From assembly GCA_964352215.1 (NCBI GenBank), contig CAYGRE010000005.1:18527-82526 (forward strand): a stretch of 64,000 nucleotides of DNA, in the 5' to 3' direction. Shown here piece by piece: positions 12,001-21,000 of this stretch; positions within the stretch are counted from its first letter, which is position 1; every line of letters begins with the position of its first letter. This DNA is from an uncultured Bacteroidia bacterium (lineage in GTDB: Bacteria > Bacteroidota > Bacteroidia > J057 > JADKCL01). Position numbers and translations under genes: made by a program. The notes below the pieces were generated by a model. It was not told the origin of the DNA, did no database searches, and saw only the letters and a program-made list of their open reading frames with translations.

Positions 12001-15000
12001 GCCGGTTCCCCAACTGTAAGTAAAGGGTGCTGTGCCTCCGGTTGCGGTGGCAGTAATGCTTCCGTCGGTTGCACCGTTGCAACTGACATTGAAGCCGCAA
12101 TTGTAAAGGCTGGGGACCATGCTGACCGCAATCGCGGTTGGTTCGTTCACCGAGACATTCGCGGTTGCGGTACAATTGTTGGCATCGGTTACCGTCACGG
12201 AGTAAGTTCCTCCGGAAAGTCCGGTTGCAGTCGCAGTGGTCTGGCTGCCAGCGGCGACATCCCACAAGTAGGTATAGGGAGCAGTGCCACCCGTAGCCAC
12301 AACTGCAGCTTGTCCATCTGCGGCACCACCACAAGAGACGTCAGCAGCAGAAGTACTGAGGCTGAGGGCTGCAGGTTCCGCAATGGTGACATTGGCGGTT
12401 TCAGTACAGCCATTGGCGTCGGTCACCACCACACTGTAAGTACCACCAGAAAGACTGGTTGCAGTTGCGGTAGTCTGACTTCCGGCGGCAACGTCCCACT
12501 GATAGGTATAGGGTGCAGTGCCACCAACCGCAGCAACTGCGGCCTGGCCATCTGCGGCACCGTTACAAGTAACGTCCACAAATGAAGTGGTGAGACTGAG
12601 AGCAGCAGGTTCTGCAATGGTAACGCTGGCGGTACCCGCACATCCATTGGCATCGGTGATGGTAACGGAATAGGTTCCTCCGGCGAGGCCGGTGGCGGTA
12701 GCCGTAGTCTGGCTTCCGGCGGCCACATCCCAGAGATAACTGAGAGGTGCAGTTCCACCAGTTTGACTGGCGGTGGCTTGTCCATCCGCAGCACCGTTGC
12801 AGGTGACATCGTTGTCAAGTGCAGCGGTAACGGTCAATCCTGATCCGGTTGTGATCACCACGCTGGTGGTCGCTGCGCAACCATTGGCATCGGTAATGGT
12901 AACCGAATAAGTTCCTCCGGCGAGGCCGATAGCGGTGGCGGTGGTTTGGGAACCAGCCGCGGCATCCCAGGCATAGGTGTATGGAGCACACCCACCCGTT
13001 GCGGAAGCAGTGGCTTGCCCATTTGCAAGACCCAGACAAGATTCATCCTGGACAACGGTAGCCGCAGCCACTAGCAAATCAGGCTCGGTGAGAACAACCG
13101 TGTCCGTAAGACTGCAACCATTGGCATCGCTGACAACTACCGTATAACCGCCCGCTGGTACGCCACTCAGTGTACCACCGGCTCCGGTCACCTCGACAAT
13201 CTCAATCGCACTGATCTTGGCATTGTCCACTACCGTCGTGAACACCAGATTCAAAGTATCGTCCGTGACATTGGCGACCGTAGTTTTAATTACCGCGGTC
13301 ATGGTGCCTACGTCGGCAATGATATCATAATTGGTCAGGAAGGGAGTTCCTTCTACTTCGACATTCATGATCCGGTCCCCGATATTGCCTGGCTGGCTGG
13401 GGGTTCCGGTGGCACCATGGTAGATCTCGGCAAAATGTAAACGCACTTCATAGACACCGTTGGCTACCGGAATGTGGTATTCCATCGCCGCGGCATAACG
13501 CTCGGTACGGTACAGTTGATCATCGGTGGTGCCGAGCACGTCGACGATATTGTTATTGACGTATTGTCCGGTTGGAGTCTGGAGAATGGTGAAATTCGCA
13601 GCATTGTCCGCGGCAAATACATCGCCATTGGTAGCGGTGAAGCTGCCTCCATTACCGGTATTGATGCGGATCGCATTCTGACCGGTTCCCCAGTTGTAGA
13701 CATAAGGAGCAGTGCCGCCGGTCGCGGTGGCGGTGATGCTTCCGTCGGTTGCGCCGTTGCAACTGGTATTGAAGCCACAGTTGTAAAGACTTGGTACCAT
13801 GTTGACTGCAATGGCAACTGGTTCGTTGACCGTTACATTAGCAGTTGCAGTACAGTTGTTGGCGTCGGTGACGGTCACAGAGTAGGTTCCGGCGGAAAGG
13901 CCGCCGGCCGTGTCCGTGGTCTGGCTGCCTGCGGCGACATCCCACAGGTAGGTATAAGGTGTACATCCCCCACTGACGGCAACCGTGGCAGAACCATTTG
14001 CATCGCCATTGCAATCGACATCAATGGCTGAAGTAGAGGTTGCCAGAACAGCGGGCTCGGTCAGGGTGATAGAAAGGGCAACGGTATCGCTGTTAGCATC
14101 GGTGACGGTTACAGCGTAAGTACCAGCAGCCAGTCCGGTTGCGGTGGCGGTCGTTTGTGAACCTGCTCCGGCATCCCACAGATAGGTATAAGGAGATACC
14201 CCGCCAGTGGCAGAGATGGTAGCAGTTCCGTCGGCCAGGCCATTGCAACTGATATTGTTTCCACAGCTGTTGGTTGGACTGCTTACGGTGGCGCTCAGAG
14301 GAGGAGTATTGGAACTACAGATCGAAATCGCCGAAATCGCCGCATTGTTTACACTGGACAGGAAGTCAATGTTAAGGGTACCGTCATTGACAGACACACC
14401 ATTGAAAGTATAAACATCGGCCGTCGCGGCACCCACCGTAGCGAAGATATCATAGTCGTCGAGCACAAGGCTGCCCTCAACTGTAACATCAAATACCCGG
14501 AGGCCATTGCCACCAGCTACTCCACCCGGAGCTCCAAAATAAGGTTCCATGAAGTAAAGGGTGACATCGTAAGTGCCATTGCCGGTAGGCAGGTTATAGC
14601 TGAAGTTGTTCCCGTAACGGTAAGCCAGGTAGAGGTCATCTTCGAGGGTTCCTGCAACCGGGAAGCTTTGAGTGCTGGGTGTATGTGTTCCCGTAACCCA
14701 GGAGGCGGGATTATCAGCAATAAAGGTATCCTGTACCGTACTGACATACTGAGGACCATTGACATTGACATTGAAGCAACCAGCCAAAGGACCAGATACC
14801 GTATCCACTCCAACCCCGAACAGATTGACATTCAAGGGGCTGTTGATGCCATCATGGTTAATGGTCAGGGTAGAAGAACGATTGCCCAGGGCCTGAGGTG
14901 TGAAATCGAAATTGTAAGTCACAGAGCTACCACCAGTCAAGGTCAGCGGCAAACTTGGTGCGCTTACAAAGGTAAAGTCAGGGTCACCGCTCAAGGGCAA

Positions 15001-18000
15001 GGCACTCAGGATAATATCCGTAGTACCGTTGTTGCTCAAGGTAAGGCCCAATTGGTTGTTGGACCCAAGAAATACGTTTCCAAAGTCGAGGTTTTGTCCG
15101 GAAAGACTCAGGACACCATCGGTTACAGCTGGCATGACATTGCAGACCAGGAATACATAATCCTGGTAGTCACCATTGGAAGCTTCTTCGAAGGCAGCCA
15201 GGTATGCATTTGGAATGATCACACCCTGGCGGTCTTTGGCAGGATACATGCGTACTGAGTGTGGGGTAGGCACAGATGCATTCAGCGCATCTTCGGAGTA
15301 GGCCGTATGTGCAGAACTGGTCGTATACCATCCAAATACGGCATTGCCCGGATCAAAATTGGTTCCTCCACTGGAAATGATCGGGTTCAGGGTTTGGTGC
15401 TGAGGCGTAACGCCTGACATTTCACCCACCTGGACCAGGGTTGGAGTTGCTCCGGGGAGGTAATAACCGTAAGGAAGAGGCTCAAGCGGTGAATAACGGC
15501 CCACTGGAATCATGGAGACATCACCGGGACCGGCCTTCTGGAACAGTGGTTCCAGCACTTCATCTCCGATGGCATTGGCAGTTGTACCCAGGATCAGGCC
15601 GGTTCCACCAACGTCAATATTGAAACCAAGGGTTTGTGCTACCCAGTGCAGTGGGGGTTCGTTGCTGCCTTCCAGGCCTTGCGCACTGACACCATAAAGG
15701 TCGGCACTCGCGGTTGGTGCTGCGGGATCGTTGGAAGCGAAATCCAGAGCCGCACTCAGTGCACCAGTCGTTCCGTTTGGATCGAAAGTCACATCCACGG
15801 TAGTAGATGCATAAGGAGGCAGGGTCACTGGCAAGGTTGGCACGCTGCTCAATGTAAACTGACCTGCATTGGCACCGGTAAGGGCAGCACCACTTACGAT
15901 CAGGGTATCAGTACCGTTGTTCACGACAGTAACGGTGACCGGACCATCTGTGGTTGTCTGGGTAGAAGCGAAAATGGCTTCTTCAGGAATAACCGCAATC
16001 TTTGGTACCCCTACGCTGTCATTGACAGGACGAAGTAGGGTGATACGGTTGCCACCGTATTCGGAAACATAGATGTGTCCGTTGGCAACGTTTTCACAGA
16101 GGTCAAGGGGGTTGTTGAATCCGGTAAATCCAATTACACCGGGTTCGTCGCTGGCGATGTCGCCATTGGGGCCACTGGGATCAAGAACGAGGATATCATC
16201 GTTGGCACTGTAACGGACGACCAACAATTTACCCTGGAGGTAACCGCCAAAGGCATCGTTTTTGTATTCAATCACTCCGTTGGGTGACTTGTGATCTCCG
16301 AAATCGAAGGCCGAACCGGCCCAGGCAATGTCGGGATCAGTTCCTACCGGATAGGCAGTTACTTCAGCTACATCGGTACCAGCTGTGGGGTTACCGCCAT
16401 TGAGGACGTACTCACCACGGGTTGGGTTCGGGCTACCGAAGTAGCGGTAAGGCCAGTTACCTCCTGAAGGGGCAGGCATCCGGAAGAGGAAGTCATGTTG
16501 GTTGGTGCTCACACCGTTCAATGCAGGAACAGTCGGACCACTGTAAGTAGTTCCGTCAGGACGGAGGGTTCCGGCCACGCTGGCCGGGGTATTTCCACCA
16601 GGTGCAGAACCATTGGTAGGAATATAAAGGTTGCCGTTGCTGTGCCAGACAAGGTCATAAGCATTTCGGGCACCGGGGCCAAAGATTTTCACTGCGGCGT
16701 TGGTGGCATAGGGGTCATAGGTTCCACCCTCTGAAGTCTGCACATTCAAGGGCAGGCTACTGTTGTTGAGGCTGGTGACATCAATCCGCAAGGTTGCAGC
16801 ACTGAGTAGGCGTTCCGGGCGGTTGCCCCAGGTATTGTCGGGAGCACCCATCGCGGTATTGGAACCTTGATTTACATAAAGCGCTCCATCGGGACCAAAT
16901 GCGAGGCTGTTGGTAACGTGGTCTTTGGTAGAACGGGGGAGATTCACGACAAAATCCTGGACATTCTGAAGGTTCTCACCGGTCAGACGGGTGATTTTTC
17001 CCTGCCAATCAGGTTGGCCGCTCAGGCCAAAGGAAGTATGGCTCACCCAGGCAATGAGGTTTTTGTCAGTAGAAGCAGGGTCAAATGCAAGACCGATCAG
17101 GAGGCGTGAGCCACCTTCTGCAGTTTGCAGACTGTTCAGGGTCTCCTGATTGGCCAGGGTACCGTCAGGATTGATGTCCCAACGATAAATCAGTCCGTCA
17201 ATACCGGAAGCATACAATTTGCCGTCAGGTCCGACCACCACGGTAGAGTAGGTATTACCATTGGTAATGGTCAATGGAATCTGCTCAAACTGTGGGATAC
17301 TGGATGCTGTGGTTGCATTTCCCGTCGTGAAGGTCATGGTGAAGGGAACAAATCCAAATCCTGATTCGTCCTGCAAGCCACTGGTTACTTCAAATGTGTA
17401 CTGCGTATTGGGCAAGAGCTGAACAGATGGGGTCAGAATGATGGCATCTCCACCACCAGTGGTATTCAGGACAGAAGGTACCGGTGTACTGGGTGAGCCG
17501 GTAGGATAAATCAAAACGGTGGTGCTGCTCAAAGTGGCAGAGTCGATGGCTGCATTGGGAAGGTTGACATCCGCGGTAACGGAAGTATTGACAGAAACAC
17601 CGGTGGCTCCATTGACAGGGGTGGTGGTGGTTACATTCGGGTTTTGTCCGCCAACGATTAAGGTTACGGAGGCAACTGCGGTACAGTTGTTGGCATCGGT
17701 TACGGTTACACCGTAGGTTCCGGCGGCCAGGTTGGTGGCAGAAGCGGTGGTTTGCGAACCGGCAGCAACATCCCAGAGATAAGTATAGGGAGAGGAGCCA
17801 CCGCTGGCGGTGGCGGTAGCGACACCATCACTGTTGCCACTGGTTGGAGCAGTGGTCTGGGAAGCACTTGCTGCCAATACCGGAGGATCGGTCAGGGTCC
17901 CGGATGCAGAAGATGTATTGCTGGCTGCGTCGGTAACGGTAACACTGAAGGTACCGGCAGCAAGACCTGTCGCGGTGGCAGTGGTCTGAGACCCGGCCGC

Positions 18001-21000
18001 AACATCCCAGAGGTAGGTATAAGGGGGTGTGCCACCATTGGCGGTGACGGTTAATGCGCCATCAGAGGCACCGGCACAGCTGATATCCGCACCATTGTAA
18101 TTAGAAGTGACCGCGACATTCGCAGTGAAGTTCGAAGCGCCAATAACCTGTACATTGTCGAAGATGCTGTTATTAATGGCACCATCGTTGTGAGAAGTCA
18201 CCGCCAAACCTACATACAGGGCCTGTGGCAGGGTGATGGTTTGGGTAGCTCCCTGTTGGGTCCAGGTGATTCCATCCGCACTGTAATAGCCCGTGAAATC
18301 ATTTCCGGAACGCACGATCCGCACCCACAAGGGCAGAATCTGGGTCGTTTGGTTGCTGTTGGAGATGGAAGTTCCTCCGGTTGTATTCCGGGATTGCCAG
18401 GACCAGCCATTGGCTCCACGCTTGAGCATCATGGCTTCAATCGAATTGGCATCGAGGGTTTCACGCATCATGACACCGGCCTTGGCCCATGGATTGGTAT
18501 TGGTGATACTGGTGACGCGGGCGATTACTTCACCATCTCCAACCAAGGTGGTATAGGCAAACTGGAATTCATCTGCAGTTCCCCAGATATCAACTCCGGA
18601 TCCATCCACGTACCAGGTGTCCGTAATTGAATTGTAACAACTTGCACCTACTGCGGCCACGTTTCCGATGTCCTGAGCAGCCCAGCCAATTGGCAGGGCG
18701 CAGGTATCACAAGTGGGAGTCGTCCCGTCAATGGTAGCGTTTCCAACGACGGTACAAAGGTTGGCATCGGTAATGGTCACTGAATAGGTACCATTGGTCA
18801 ATCCTCCTACGGTGTCGGTGGTGGCGCTGCCAGCGTTGGCATCCCAGAGATAGGTATAGGGCATTTGGCCCCCGGAAGGAGATGCGGTCAGCTCCCCGAG
18901 TCCGTTTTCAAGGCAGGCATCGACCTGGACCAGGAGTGGGATCACACTCAAGGTGACAGACCCGGTTGCGGTCTGGTTGAGGGCATCCGTAACTGTGACG
19001 GTATAGGTTCCTGCCCCTAAGCCGGTCAGGGTATCGGTGGTACCGCCATTGCTCCAGGTATAGGTGAGTGGGTATTGTCCATTGGTGACCTCTGCCCAAA
19101 TACTGCCGTCTACATCACCGACACATTCTATGTCGTTAATCAGGTTGACGCTTACCGTAAGCTGTGGGTTGACACCTTCTCCGGTCAGGACGATGGTATC
19201 AGGAGAGGTGGGTGCGTCGTGGGTGACGACAATATAAGCTGAACGCAGTCCTACCGTGGTGGGTGTAAATGTAAAAGGTACATCCACATTGCTGCCCCCC
19301 GAGAGGTTCAAGGGATAGGTTGGTGCTGTGAAAGCAAAGTCCCCCGCGTCCGCACCACCAATGGCAATGCCGGTAATGGTGAGGGTGCTGTCCACGGCTC
19401 CACTGTTGGCCAGGTTCAGGTTCTGAGCTGCCGATGTGGTCGCAACCTGCTGAGAGAAGAAGTGCAAAGGGTCCGGGGTAGCGACCAATGCTGCCGGAGC
19501 CGGATTGGCAGGACCCAGTGGTCCAACCACCTCAATCGCCCCCACCTTGGCATTCTGGATCACATTCACCCACTGGAGATCAAGTGAACCATCTTGTACA
19601 TTGACAATGATCGTTTCCTGGATCGCAGTCTGGTAACCGGCTTCTACCCAGATGTCATAGTCGTCCAGTACGACCTGCCCTTCCGCAACCACATCAAAGA
19701 CACGTAGATTGGCACCGTTGGCACCACTCCAGTTCTCGGAAAAGTGGAGGATCAATTCATAGTTTCCGGTGTCGGCCAGTGGGAAATTGTAAGAGAAGTT
19801 ACCGTACCGGTAGAATTGATAGAGGGGATCGTCCAGGGTGTTGGCGATGGCCAAACCACCGTTGGCAGTTCCCGAACCACCAGTAAAGTAATTGTCCGGT
19901 TCAAAAGTATTGCCGTTGACATCGATATGGGTGGTGCTGTTACAGTTGATCCGGTAGACACCCAGGTCCTGGAATCCTCCTCCGATCAGGGAAACACTCA
20001 AGGGGCCGCCAGCGCCGGTATGGTCTACAACCAGGGTGCCGGAACGGCCACCTGCCACGCTGGGCGTGTAAGTAATGTCGAGGTTGAGGCTGTCTCCTGC
20101 GGGGAGGTAATAGGGCAGGGTCCCACTGAAATTGCTGGTCCAGTCAGGATCACCGGTAAAACCAAGTGAGGTAATGAAGATACCCTGGTTGCCTCCGGTA
20201 TTGGTAATCGTGAAACTCTGCACATCCGAGTTACCGATGGTAATGGTTCCAAAGTCATAAGATCCGGGATTGCTGTTCAGGGTGCTGGCAAATACTGGAT
20301 TGCCGAGGGCCGGGCGAAGTCCGAAGAAGGAAAATGCCTCGATGGTATTCAGTTCGGGACCACCGCCGCGGTTGCCGGAACCGGCTGCGACGTAGAGAAC
20401 ACCGTTGTTGGAAATCATCGAGGTACCGTGACGGCCATCAATCATGTTGTCCAGTGAACGCCAGGAATCAGTGGTCGGATTGTAAGCCTCTGTTTCCTCG
20501 TGTCCGGCAGATTGGGTACCGGATTCACCACCCGCAATGATGATTTCATCACCGATATGTCCGGCAAAGCAACCAGCACGCTGAGTAGGAATGTTGCTGC
20601 CCGTTCCCTGGGTCACCCAGGTATTGCTGGCAATGTCATAGACATCCACCTGGCCCACGGTGGGACTGAATACCTGTCCTCCGAACCCAGTGCGGCGTCC
20701 ACCTGCATTGTAGATTTTCCCGTCGAACACTTCCGCATGGTAGTGGTCCCTTTCGATGGGGGCATCTGCCAATTGGGTCCAGGTTCCCGTCCGGGGATCG
20801 TATTTGTCCACCCAGGGTACCCAGCCGTTTACGTGACCATTCTGGATACCACAAACTACATAGACCTCATCGTTGTAAACCACGATGCCGGCTGAACCTC
20901 TCCGGCGACTCACAGGGATTTCCGGTCCTACGTGCCAGGTATCGGTGGCGACGTTGTAGATATAGATATTGGGGACAGGGGTTTCATTGGGATAGCCTCC

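Larger units (their letters stand above)
11400..13820 (-). repeat. higher-order tandem duplication inside the giant ORF (unit ~1.68 kb = nested malectin + four SprB repeats)
   Basis: 11521-12300 aligns to 13201-13980 without gaps at roughly 80-85% identity by eye. The shadow ORFs 11685..12131 and 13464..13817 are visibly homologous. Confidence 0.8.

Noticed and set aside
10030-13830. Diversity-generating retroelement (template/variable repeat) explanation for the near-identical segments in the giant ORF.
   Set aside because: There is no reverse transcriptase or accessory gene in the window. Differences between copies are spread over all base types rather than confined to adenine positions. 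The copies are in-frame domain duplications.
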